From: Candidatus Zixiibacteriota bacterium
GTDB lineage: Bacteria; Zixibacteria; MSB-5A5; GN15; JACZUZ01
NCBI GenBank assembly: GCA_024280835.1
Contig: JAJRPJ010000006.1
Location: forward strand, 149,656-213,655
DNA: 64,000 nucleotides
Direction: 5' to 3'
In this document: piece after piece, positions 20,933 to 30,227 of the stretch
How positions within the stretch are numbered: the first letter of the stretch is position 1
Layout: each line of letters begins with the position of its first letter
Translations under genes and position numbers: made by a program
The notes under the pieces: generated by a model
The model's database searches: none
What the model was told of the DNA's origin: nothing
What the model saw: only the letters and a program-made list of their open reading frames with translations

Positions 20933-21406
20933 AACACCTCCCTACCAATTGAAAGTTATAAATCTCTGTTTTGAATTTTCTTGAATTAGTTAGCTTGAGT
21001 CAGTTAGTTGTCACATTAATTTTGTCAGGCAATCGATATCACCAATTTAGTCATACACCATACAGCGCCATGAAGACTCTGACAGTCCCTATGGGGCTTA
21101 ATGTCATGGCGATCTTGTCCCAATTACTCTAAACCGACGTTGTGCTGGTTATTGTTCCGCAGAATTGGGAAAAAGTTTGAAAATTATTTTTTGGTGGTGG
21201 TTTGCGCTACAATAAGGTGAAGAAACGGTAGTGAATAGACATCCCAATGACCTGCTAATAGGACAATTTACGTCCAAGTTTAGTATAGATATATGGAAGT
21301 TACTAAAGAGCTATCGTGCAAAGCATTAGCCAGAAGCAGTTGTTTGTGAGGTCGTCAAAATCAAAAGTAGATAGTAGAAAAGCAAGGCAGTTTCTTGAGG
21401 CTCTTA

Positions 21407-22678
21407 TCAATCTTCACTTGAACCGATTGAGCTGCCAGCTATTGAGCTGGTTGTCCAAGCGTTTTGAAAATTGAAGCCGCCAGTGATGCCGTCGATATCC
21501 AAAATCTCTCCTGCGAAAAATAATCCAGGGCAGATCTTACTTTGCATGGTTTTGAAATCAACCTCGCTGAGTTTAACCCCACCGCAAGTTACAAACTCAT
21601 CTTTGAAAATGCCCTTGCCAGCAACTGCGAAACTCGCTTTGGTCAGCTCTGTGATTATAGACGAGATGGACTTGGCAGTGATGTTCGCCCAAGTCGTCTG
21701 ATTGTCGATACCGATGAATTCAACAATACTTTTCCAGTAACGATTTGGGATCGCAACTGGATTATCACCGCTAATACGTTTTTTGGGCTGACTCTGTTTT
21801 TTCTTATCGATAGCCAGACGAATCGATGACTCATGTGAATCTGGCAGAAAGTTGATTATCAAATTGGCGCGATAGTGAGATTCATGGAGTTCTCTGGCGC
21901 CCCAAGCTGAGAGCTTCAAGACAGCTGGCCCACTCAATCCCCAATGAGTGATTAATGCTGGGCCAGATTGTTTGAGAGTTTTTCTTGTTCCGATTTGCAG
22001 TGACAAATCTACATTACCAAAGCTAACGCCCGCCAGATTTTCGAGGCGGTTATCTCTAACTTTGAAAGTAAACAACGATGGCACGCACGGAACTATGGTA
22101 TGTCCTAAATCTTTGGCGAAAGTGTAGCCACGCGGACTACTGCCAGTCGTCAAGAGAATTCTATCGAACTGGACTTCAGTCTTATCATGAAGAGTGACAA
22201 GAAAGCTTGGCGTCGACAAACCTGTCTTGTTGGACTTGATAGATTTGACGCGTTGACCAAGTTGAATATTGATACCGTTATCGAATGTGGCTCTTATTAG
22301 AGCTGAGATAATTGTATTGGAATTGTCACTAGTCGGAAACATCCGTCCATCAGATTCAGTTTTGAGCGTCACACCATGTCTCTCAAACCAATCGATTGTA
22401 TCGAGTGGTTGAAAACGGCTGAATGGTCCCCGCAACTCTTTGAAACCTCGTGGATAGTTATTGCAAAGTTCAGCTGGATCGAAACAACTAGGGGTGACAT
22501 TGCAGCGTCCCCCGCCAGAAATTTTGACTTTCGCTAGAGGAGTGTTGGTTGCTTCGTAGAGTGTAACGGCCGCCGACAGAAAGCTTTCGCCTGTCGCAAT
22601 TGCTCCAAAAAATCCTGCCGCCCCGCCACCGATAACCGCTATTTTCACAAGTATATCTTTCTGAAACTGATTCTGCAA
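21407..22678 (-). CDS. HI0933/YhiN-family flavoprotein
   Basis: GGGAAG, KISGGGRCNVT, THWGLSGPA, GEILDIDGITGGFNFQ. Confidence 0.92.
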   Translation of the reverse strand: MQNQFQKDILVKIAVIGGGAAGFFGAIATGESFLSAAVTLYEATNTPLAKVKISGGGRCNVTPSCFDPAELCNNYPRGFKELRGPFSRFQPLDTIDWFERHGVTLKTESDGRMFPTSDNSNTIISALIRATFDNGINIQLGQRVKSIKSNKTGLSTPSFLVTLHDKTEVQFDRILLTTGSSPRGYTFAKDLGHTIVPCVPSLFTFKVRDNRLENLAGVSFGNVDLSLQIGTRKTLKQSGPALITHWGLSGPAVLKLSAWGARELHESHYRANLIINFLPDSHESSIRLAIDKKKQSQPKKRISGDNPVAIPNRYWKSIVEFIGIDNQTTWANITAKSISSIITELTKASFAVAGKGIFKDEFVTCGGVKLSEVDFKTMQSKICPGLFFAGEILDIDGITGGFNFQNAWTTSSIAGSSIGSSED

Positions 22679-22824
22679 AGTTATTTAATTAGAAGACAAT
22701 TCCCAAGAATAATCAGTACAAAATTATGCCTAGAAAACATACTGCGCAGGGAACATACGGCGTTGTTGGCGCAATCACAAAGAATCGTGTCGGAATCAAT
22801 AAAATGCGAATTGAAAAAGAGAAG

Positions 22825-24357
22825 TTATTTGATAAGTAGCATCTTGCGCGAAGCATTGGCGATTAGGACACCATTATCAGAAACTGCGCCAAAGCGATAG
22901 AAATAGACACCGCTGGCTACACTACGCTGTGAATCTGAGTTCCCATCCCATTGGACAGTGTAAGAGCCGGCGCTTAAACGCTCATCGACAAGGGTCATGA
23001 CTTTCTGGCCAAGCAGGTTGTAGATTCCAACTGTGACATGGGCTGCGCGGGTCAATTCAAATGGAATTGTTGTTTCGGGATTGAATGGATTGGGATAATT
23101 GGCTCCGAGAGAATAGTCTGTCGGTAATGTGGGAGTTTCCACCAATTGTACGTCGGTTAGTGCATCACCTTGAACTTTCAGCACATACATGTCAGATCCA
23201 CCCGATGAAAATGACCAAGTGTGTCCAACAACGATGACATCTTGATTGTTGATCAGCGACATCGAGCGACAATAGTCAGAGCCACTGCCGCCATATGTTC
23301 CTGACCATATTTTCCAACCACTTCTATCAACTCGCAAAACCTGTATGTCGATTTTTCCTGCTACGAACGATTCAGTCACACCAGCTACCAGAAATCCACC
23401 ATTAGGGGTTTCACTGACAGTATAGGCGCGGTCGTCTTTGGAGCCACCGAAAGTTGTTTGCCATTGCACAAATCCAGTTGCATCGAGGCGCACCAAATAC
23501 ATATCGCCCTGTGAAGAGCCAGCTAGGGCCAAGCCACCGTCACGGGTCATCTCTAGTGAATATCCAAAGTCGGCTCGGTCGCCATATGTTTTGGCCCAAA
23601 GTGAGTCACCTGTTGCTGAAGTATGCACGACATAGAGACTACTATAACCAACCCCGAATGAACCAGTTGAACCAATACTATAGAAAGAGCCATCGTTAGC
23701 GATGCGCACTGCGCAACCAGTATCACCACCAACTCCACCATAAGTTTTTGTCCAAAGAGCATTACCGAGAGAGTCGGTGCGAATAAGATACATATCAGAA
23801 TATCCCGCCCCGAATGAGTTTGTCAGTCCACAAATAATATAGCCGCCGTCACTAGTGAGGCGCACCGACCAACCTTCTTCGCGTTTGTCGCCTCCGAATG
23901 TTTTTGACCAAACTTCAGCGCCCAAGGAATCTATTTTCATGAGTAGCAAATCGCCATTTGGTTCGCCAAATGATTTTGTCATTCCGACTAGAATAAATCC
24001 ACCATCATTGGTTTGTTGAATGTCATAACCATAATCGGTCAAAGGGCCGCCATAAGTTCTCTTCCAAAGCGCCACACCCAGAGAATCTAGGCGGACTATA
24101 TATATATCATGGTCACCTGCTCCAAAAGAGAATGTCGAGCCAATCGCGGCGAAACCGCCATCGGCTGTTAGTGTCACAGCCGCCCCAGACTCATTAAACT
24201 GCCCTCCGTAGTTTTCAGACCAGAGCAATCGCTGTGCGTACGCGCTACTACTAAGAGTGGTGACAGCCCCAAGAGTTATTGCCAGCGTCAGCCAAAATTG
24301 TCGGCCAGCGCTTTGCGCTGTGGCAATCTTCAAATTCAATTTTGAGCTACTCGACAT
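22825..24357 (-). CDS. Secreted beta-propeller-like repeat protein with a C-terminal FlgD-Ig/T9SS type A sorting-like domain
   Basis: About 7 repeats of W.KTYGG...D.GY....T.DGG. Tail NYPNPFNPETTI...IYNLLGQKV...WDG...SGVYFYR...RKMLLIK. Confidence 0.85.
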   Translation of the reverse strand: MSSSSKLNLKIATAQSAGRQFWLTLAITLGAVTTLSSSAYAQRLLWSENYGGQFNESGAAVTLTADGGFAAIGSTFSFGAGDHDIYIVRLDSLGVALWKRTYGGPLTDYGYDIQQTNDGGFILVGMTKSFGEPNGDLLLMKIDSLGAEVWSKTFGGDKREEGWSVRLTSDGGYIICGLTNSFGAGYSDMYLIRTDSLGNALWTKTYGGVGGDTGCAVRIANDGSFYSIGSTGSFGVGYSSLYVVHTSATGDSLWAKTYGDRADFGYSLEMTRDGGLALAGSSQGDMYLVRLDATGFVQWQTTFGGSKDDRAYTVSETPNGGFLVAGVTESFVAGKIDIQVLRVDRSGWKIWSGTYGGSGSDYCRSMSLINNQDVIVVGHTWSFSSGGSDMYVLKVQGDALTDVQLVETPTLPTDYSLGANYPNPFNPETTIPFELTRAAHVTVGIYNLLGQKVMTLVDERLSAGSYTVQWDGNSDSQRSVASGVYFYRFGAVSDNGVLIANASRKMLLIK

Positions 24358-24583
24358 TTTCTTGACTCTTCAAAAATAGCAATCTTTCTGCAAGTCTGGA
24401 AACTGGCGCAATCCTGCGCTGTCCAATTCTTGCACACTTGACCTCTAATCTATCGGACAATTCCCATACTTCATGAGTCTTCGTAGCAAGTGGCATTTTT
24501 CTAATCCAGAAAGCTGCGCTTTGTATTTGCAATTGGCTGGGTCCCAAAGCAGTGTGGAAGTCTCGCCTGAGCTATTGGATGAA

Positions 24584-24682
24584 TCCCATAATATGGGAAT
24601 CAAACCTCGTCCAATTTGATTCCATAACTAAGCCTAACATACACGCATACAGCCAGTTAGCGGTACGGGCATTGGGCTTGCT
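24584..24682 (+). promoter_or_regulatory. Putative sigma54 promoter with upstream palindrome for the pilus locus
   Basis: Perfect palindrome TCCCATAATATGGGA (24584-24598). GGGCAT-TGGGC-TTGCT gives GG(24668)-N10-GC(24680). Confidence 0.55.
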
Positions 24683-24752
24683 CTATATGTTCTGGGAAAA
24701 AGTATTTGAATATTTTTCTATGAGTTGAATTGGAATTTGGAAGGGGAAATCC

Positions 24753-25289
24753 ATGTTTAAGCGGGTAATTACATTGACGCTAATACTAACTGCGGCTTTT
24801 GGGATTCTTGACAGGCAAACTGCAGAGGCTCAAGAGAGCGCCAGTATTCGAGCTACCGCGACTATAATCGCGGGTATCACAATCATCGGTTCAAATGATC
24901 TTATCTTCGGAACAGTCTTACCGGGAGTGAGCAAATTTATTGATAAAGCTACAACTGGCTTTGCTGGCGAATGGCAAATTAGCAACGGCACGCCGAATGC
25001 CGAGATTACAATCACTATAGCGTTGCCAGATTCATTGCAGCACACCACAGATCCTACAGGAATGAGGATAATTTTCACTTCGACAGACGCATCCTATGAT
25101 GATGGTACAGGTGGAGGTCAGGCCGCTCCCTCGGGTGTGATTGATCCCAATGGACCAGTGGCTAGAAGAGTCAGTGGAATTGGCACAATGAATTTCTGGA
25201 TTGGCGGTACTGTCTTTCCAAGACTAACGCAAACAGGTGGCGACTATGCCTCAGATATTACCATGACAATAGCCTATACTGGAAATTGA
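24753..25289 (+). CDS. Pilin-like subunit 1 (DUF4402/spore-coat-U-like)
   Basis: Signal peptide AEA-Q; ATAT...DLIFG; C-terminal IGG...P..TQ.GGDY...IT..YTGN shared with the paralogs. Confidence 0.7.
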   Translation: MFKRVITLTLILTAAFGILDRQTAEAQESASIRATATIIAGITIIGSNDLIFGTVLPGVSKFIDKATTGFAGEWQISNGTPNAEITITIALPDSLQHTTDPTGMRIIFTSTDASYDDGTGGGQAAPSGVIDPNGPVARRVSGIGTMNFWIGGTVFPRLTQTGGDYASDITMTIAYTGN

Positions 25290-25547
25290 TTTGGAGTACT
25301 AGCCACATGTTTTTTGGGCTTCTCTGTCTTGAAACAAGATAGATAGAAACTCAACACTCAAATATTTGAAAACCATCCACGCGATAAGAGTCTTTTGGCT
25401 TTTGTCGCTCTTGCTGTTTCCAGACTGTTTTCTAAGAAATTGATACTCAAAGCGCTCAAACTTTGTGCTTGACAGATCTGATTTTTCTGGCTTCTTGAAG
25501 TATACGCTTCGCTAATTGATAGCGGGGTGTCTACATCGGATACCAGA

Positions 25548-25907
25548 ATGAAACAGATTGAGACATCTTTACTTTTCCAGTGGTTTGCATTGGCTACGTT
25601 AATGGCAATGTTAATTGCAGCTCTGATTCCAAGATTATCGATAGCACAGGATTACAGCGGCTCGATTAGAGCCAGCGCGAGCGTCGCTATTCCATTCGGA
25701 GTGGGCGAAACAGACGAATATCCAGAGAGTATTCTCATGGTGCCTGAGCTTTCAACAGCCTTTGTGCTTTTCCAGGACCGAGAAGGCGATCTGGGGATTA
25801 TATTAAGAGCCAATGAGGCTGGATTCGTTGAATTTGATATAGAGTCAATGAGATTGAAATCTACCGATGAAGCTCCGCTTCTGACAATTATTCTCACCGA
25901 AAACTGA
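25548..25907 (+). CDS. Short secreted protein with a pilin-like N-terminal extension
   Basis: Signal peptide SIA-Q, then QDYSGSIRASASV resembling subunit 1 QESASIRATAT. The rest is divergent. Confidence 0.5.
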   Translation: MKQIETSLLFQWFALATLMAMLIAALIPRLSIAQDYSGSIRASASVAIPFGVGETDEYPESILMVPELSTAFVLFQDREGDLGIILRANEAGFVEFDIESMRLKSTDEAPLLTIILTEN

Positions 25908-26001
25908 GTCATGTAGTATTCTGTGGCTGATAGTTTTTGAGTTTATCTTTGACTCCCACCACTGGTTCGTATAATCTCTTTACGTAGGAAGGAGTGGACC
26001 G

Positions 26002-26529
26002 ATGCTAACAAAGCAAACAGCTAAACATACTGTAGCCTTAGAAGCTAAGCGACCAAGTTGGTCTTGGGTGTTAGTTCTTCTCATAGCTCTGGTTGTCCTA
26101 CACTCTCCAGCGGAAGTCTCAGCTCAAAACATCACCGTCAATAACAATTTGGTTTTTGGTACTATTTTCCCGGGTATCCCCAAGACAATCACGAAGCGCA
26201 TTGCTGGGGCCGCCGCAGAGTTTCTGATTTCTGGAACCGCGGGATTGGAGCTGACTATCGATTTGACCTTGCCGACCTTCATGAATAACGCTGGCAACAA
26301 TATGCAACTAGTATTCCAAGAAACCGATGCAGCTTTAGATTCAAGTTCCACTCCCGATCAAGCCGCGCCATCATTAGATAATATAGACCCATGGCATACC
26401 ATCACCTATCGTCTCGGCTCCAACGGAATCACGCTTTGGCTAGGTGGTATGGCGATTCCAAAACTCAACCAAGGCTCTGGCAGTTATACAGCCGTCATCG
26501 TTATGACCGTTGTCTATACTGGAAACTAG
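26002..26529 (+). CDS. Pilin-like subunit 2, lacking the N-terminal extension
   Basis: VSA-QNITVNNNLVFG; C-terminal LGG..IP..NQGSGSYTAVIVMTVVYTGN; RBS GGAG. Confidence 0.7.
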   Translation: MLTKQTAKHTVALEAKRPSWSWVLVLLIALVVLHSPAEVSAQNITVNNNLVFGTIFPGIPKTITKRIAGAAAEFLISGTAGLELTIDLTLPTFMNNAGNNMQLVFQETDAALDSSSTPDQAAPSLDNIDPWHTITYRLGSNGITLWLGGMAIPKLNQGSGSYTAVIVMTVVYTGN

Positions 26530-26782
26530 CTGATTAGTACTTCAACGTAGTGTAGGGCGTTCTCTATAGCATTATGCTATAGGTAATACACCATGCTATT
26601 GGAAGCCTTCCTCTTTTCGCTCACCTGAGTGACAGAATACCGCCCCGAAGCATAAACTGAAACCATCTCTATTAATCACAGCTATTAGAAGTCGAATCAG
26701 AGAGTAGGATCACTAATCTCTATTCTTGAGTTAGCGTCCAATTTCAATACTCGGTAAACTGTTTATAGGGAGTCAAACACTG

Positions 26783-27349
26783 ATGAGACATATCTTAAAA
26801 CGTAGACTCAAAAATATCAGCGGCGCTGCTGCTATTACTCTTTGCGCCTTCTTTGGCTCTAGCCCCAAAGCCGAAGCCCAAGATGTTGCCAATGGCCTAG
26901 CTACCGCAAATGTTATGGCGACGCTATCGATAGTTGGCTCTCAGGATTTGCAATTTGGCAATATGTTCCAAGGTGTGGCAAAATCGATCGGCAATAATGT
27001 TGACGTGTTTTCAGGGATTTTCAATATCTCTGGTGCGCCTTCGGCTGGAATCACTATTTCCATGGTTATGCCCGATTATATGGCTCTGGCCGATGGTTCG
27101 GACCGCATGACTGTCGCGTTTTCTCCGACAGATGCGACAATTGACACGAACAATACCACTCCTTCGACAGTGGTTGGTGGCGACGGCTGGCAGGATGTTA
27201 ACCCAAGAAATATTCCTGCGGCGACAGTTGTTGGGGCTGGTGGCCAAACCAACATATATATTGGTGGTCGTGCAATACCTGCAGTAAATCAAAAGGCGGG
27301 AGCATATACTGGCGATGTAATTGTTAGCGTGGCCTATGACGGTACCTGA
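26783..27349 (+). CDS. Pilin-like subunit 3
   Basis: AEA-QDVANGLATANV...LQFG; C-terminal IGGRAIPAVNQKAGAYTGDVIVSVAYDGT. Confidence 0.75.
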   Translation: MRHILKRRLKNISGAAAITLCAFFGSSPKAEAQDVANGLATANVMATLSIVGSQDLQFGNMFQGVAKSIGNNVDVFSGIFNISGAPSAGITISMVMPDYMALADGSDRMTVAFSPTDATIDTNNTTPSTVVGGDGWQDVNPRNIPAATVVGAGGQTNIYIGGRAIPAVNQKAGAYTGDVIVSVAYDGT

Positions 27350-27888
27350 TATAAGATTTTCAATGAATATTTTGCAATATCCGCTTTTTTCATCCACATA
27401 TTCCCCTTTTGGGGACCCTTCCATAAGATCAAAGACTATGATATCTAGATAACAATTCTAGTGGTCCACGACGATAATCTGATACATATTGGCTCCATCT
27501 CTCAAATTTCTCCACCTGATCCAACTGATGCCGCAATATCGTCCTAGGGTCGCCAAAACCTCTAAGTAATTCTAATACAAGTAGTTAGGTGTATGTCAGT
27601 TGCTTTTACGTTTTGAAACCCTGCAAATATTGTCCATCCCACCCTTCAAGACTTCAGTGATTTGCTGATTTCCGCATTTCGCAGTATTGCAAAATGCGGA
27701 AATTATTGTTCAAATCTGTTAAGGTTTAGCGCTGTCTGTCGATTAAACAGGGTGTGGGCAAAGTCCAAACATGTATGTCTGGAGACCCACTATTTGTAGG
27801 TAAGTAAAAGTTTTTGATATGCAATTCGAAAATAGCTCAATTTTCTGAGCTAAGATATCGTAGACGTAAACATCGGAGTGAGAGTAAG

Positions 27889-28449
27889 ATGAAAACAGAG
27901 TGGAAACGGAATTTCAGACCGAAAGCGCTATTTGCCGCTATTTGTACGGTCGCTCTGGTACTGTCTTCAACGAATGTGAAGGCGCAAGACGTTGCAGTTG
28001 GACAGGCGACAGCTACAGTACAAGCCATATTGACAGTCACCTCAAGCAGCGCGTTGGCGTTCGGGACAATCTTTCAGGGTGTGCCGACAACTATTGCTAA
28101 TAACAATGCCAATGCTGGTGTCTTCACCATAACTGGGCAAGGAGCCTCTGGTCTTTCAATTTTCATGCAATTACCAGACTACTTGTCTACAGCCACAGGT
28201 GACGATCGATTGGTGGTGGCTTTCAGTACAACTGACGCTTCAGTTGACTCGACTACCAATACAACCTCAACGACTTTCGGAGTGGGTTGGCAGAATACAA
28301 ATCCGCATAACTTTAACTCAGCGGTTACGATGGGTGGAGGCGGACAGGCCGCGATATTCCTGGGTGGCAAAGTTTTACCGACAGTTGATCAAGCTGCAGG
28401 AGCCTACACAGGAGACATTATCCTAACTGTCGCATATAACGGAACCTGA
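27889..28449 (+). CDS. Pilin-like subunit 4
   Basis: ATG 27889 with RBS GGAG; VKA-QDVAVGQATATVQ; C-terminal AAGAYTGDIILTVAYNGT. Confidence 0.75.
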   Translation: MKTEWKRNFRPKALFAAICTVALVLSSTNVKAQDVAVGQATATVQAILTVTSSSALAFGTIFQGVPTTIANNNANAGVFTITGQGASGLSIFMQLPDYLSTATGDDRLVVAFSTTDASVDSTTNTTSTTFGVGWQNTNPHNFNSAVTMGGGGQAAIFLGGKVLPTVDQAAGAYTGDIILTVAYNGT

Positions 28450-28572
28450 GTAAGTGTTGTGATTTTGTAGAATATTCGAGAAGATAAAAAGAACAAGAAG
28501 AAGTACGCAGATAAATAATAGTTAATAAACATATTAAGTTCCTAATTTGGGTCACTCCAGGGAGAGAGAGCA

Positions 28573-29130
28573 ATGAGAAATTCAATCAGTAAAAGCTTAG
28601 CGCGTTTCGTGAGTATCGTTACAATTGTAACGTTCGCAGCCGTGCTAAAACCGTCAACTGTCAGCGCGCAGGATGTTGCCAATGGGTCAGCCACAGCAAC
28701 AGTTCAAGCCGTGTTAGTTGTGACTTCAACTGCAGCCTTAGCGTTTGGTAATGTGTTTCAAGGTGTTAGTACTTCAGTCGCCAATGCCGCAGCCGGCGCA
28801 GGTGTCTTCACTGTCACTGGTCAAGCAAGCTCTGTGATTGCTATGTATATGCAGTTGCCAGACTATATGTCAACAGCAACAGGTGATGACCGTATGGTAA
28901 TTTCTTTTAGCGCAACAGATGCTTCTGTTGATTCAACTGCAAACACAACACCGACAACATTTGGTACTGGTTGGCAGAACACAAACCCGCATAATATCAA
29001 TGCAGCAACTGAATTGGGTAACGCTGGAGCAGCCTTATTCTTGGGTGGCAAAGTACTACCGACAGTTGATCAGGCTGCTGGAGCTTACACAGCTGATATT
29101 ATTCTGACAGTGGCCTATACTGGTACCTGA
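28573..29130 (+). CDS. Pilin-like subunit 5 (candidate major subunit)
   Basis: RBS GGAG; VSA-QDVANGSATATVQ. About 73% identical to subunit 4 in the mature region (hand alignment). Followed by a hairpin. Confidence 0.75.
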   Translation: MRNSISKSLARFVSIVTIVTFAAVLKPSTVSAQDVANGSATATVQAVLVVTSTAALAFGNVFQGVSTSVANAAAGAGVFTVTGQASSVIAMYMQLPDYMSTATGDDRMVISFSATDASVDSTANTTPTTFGTGWQNTNPHNINAATELGNAGAALFLGGKVLPTVDQAAGAYTADIILTVAYTGT

Positions 29131-29152
29131 TTCGATTAGTATCGGGTAGCTG

Positions 29153-29189
29153 AGAAAATCAGTGTAAAGTTTTTTTACACCTGATATTC
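29153..29189 (+). other. Intercistronic stem-loop after subunit 5
   Basis: gaaaatcagtgtaaa-gtttt-tttacacctgatattc. Confidence 0.55.
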
Positions 29190-29273
29190 GAAACGTAACA
29201 TATTTGTTCCGAAGAGGAACATCGGAGCCGCATGGATGACGGCGACGAAAGCAATACATAAGGAAGACATAGG

Positions 29274-30179
29274 ATGTTGGAAAAGACTTTGATTAAGCAG
29301 AATATCCCCGCCGAGCGGCGCCTGTGCGCTACTCGACGGGGATTTGTATTTGGTAAGATTTCGCTGATAACCGCGCTATTTCTGGCTGTAATGGTCCTGC
29401 ACTCAGCTGCGGGAGTATTAGTCGCCCCAACAGTTATCTTCATTTCCGATAAAGGTCGGACTGGTCGCATGACCGTCCAAAACCCAACTGACAAGCCGCA
29501 GGAAATTACTGTGTATTTCAGTTTCGGCCTACCTAAGTCGGATAGCCTAGGTAACGTCACTGTCCGCCTCACAGATACTTTGATTACCGATCCCAACTCT
29601 GCTCTCGGTTGGGTCAAAGCCTTCCCCAGAAAGATGATTCTTCAGCCCAAAGGCTCTCAGGTTGTGCGTTTTCGCGCGACACCTCCCAAAGACTTGCCTG
29701 AGGGTGAATACTGGGCACGAGTTGTAGTTCGCTCACAGGATGGCGAAACAACTTTGCCTTCACCGACTGCCGAGGGCGCAATCACCACCAAACTCAATAT
29801 GATCATGCAAACTGCGATTATGCTCAAATATCGCAAAGGGCAGTTGACCTCAAAATTAGAGCTGGGTGAAACTAGCGCTACTGTAGATGGTGAAAAAGTC
29901 AAAGTAATGATCGACATGAAGAATACAGGTAACTGCTCATACATCGGCATGCTCGCCTGCCGCCTCATGGACGCCAACAACAAAGAAATCAGTCATGCCT
30001 CAGTCCAGTTAGCTGTCTACCGCAATTTGTTGCGTCGAGTTGAATTGCCAATACGAGAGGGTTCATTTATGAAACCGTATCGTGTTGAGATAGGGATATC
30101 AACTTCTGGTCGAAAAGATATTGCGGCAGAAGATATGATAACTGGCAATGAAATATCACAGGCGTTAGCAGTGCAGTAA
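29274..30179 (+). CDS. PapD-like periplasmic pilus assembly chaperone
   Basis: VLVAPT.IFI, FPRKMILQPKGSQVVRF, PEGEYWAR, second domain with NTGN; lies between the pilins and the usher. Confidence 0.75.
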   Translation: MLEKTLIKQNIPAERRLCATRRGFVFGKISLITALFLAVMVLHSAAGVLVAPTVIFISDKGRTGRMTVQNPTDKPQEITVYFSFGLPKSDSLGNVTVRLTDTLITDPNSALGWVKAFPRKMILQPKGSQVVRFRATPPKDLPEGEYWARVVVRSQDGETTLPSPTAEGAITTKLNMIMQTAIMLKYRKGQLTSKLELGETSATVDGEKVKVMIDMKNTGNCSYIGMLACRLMDANNKEISHASVQLAVYRNLLRRVELPIREGSFMKPYRVEIGISTSGRKDIAAEDMITGNEISQALAVQ

Positions 30180-30227
30180 AGCTGGTTCTCAAATGAGAAT
30201 CACACTTCCCTCGGAAGGAAGCTGACT

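Noticed and set aside
20933-21406. tRNA/ncRNA or a hidden gene in long intergenic gaps (also 12238-12578 and 44641-44968)
   Set aside because: No cloverleaf, T-loop or convincing ORF was seen. They are treated as promoter/terminator regions.
23150-24230. Repeats as a CRISPR array or DNA repeat element
   Set aside because: They are degenerate protein-level propeller repeats inside one ORF. There are no identical DNA repeats and no cas genes.
27750-27790. c-di-GMP-I riboswitch upstream of pilin 4 (GGGCAAA...)
   Set aside because: Only one hairpin is visible, with no GNRA loop/receptor or second stem. An Infernal scan would be needed.
24753-29130. Pilin-like proteins as exosortase (PEP-CTERM) substrates or type IV pilins
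   Set aside because: They have no C-terminal motif-TM-basic tail and no class III signal peptide (G|FxxxE). They carry Sec/SPI signals.
29163-29179. TGT-N11-ACA as an enhancer-binding site
   Set aside because: No GG-N10-GC element was found downstream, and it is part of a longer RNA-like hairpin.
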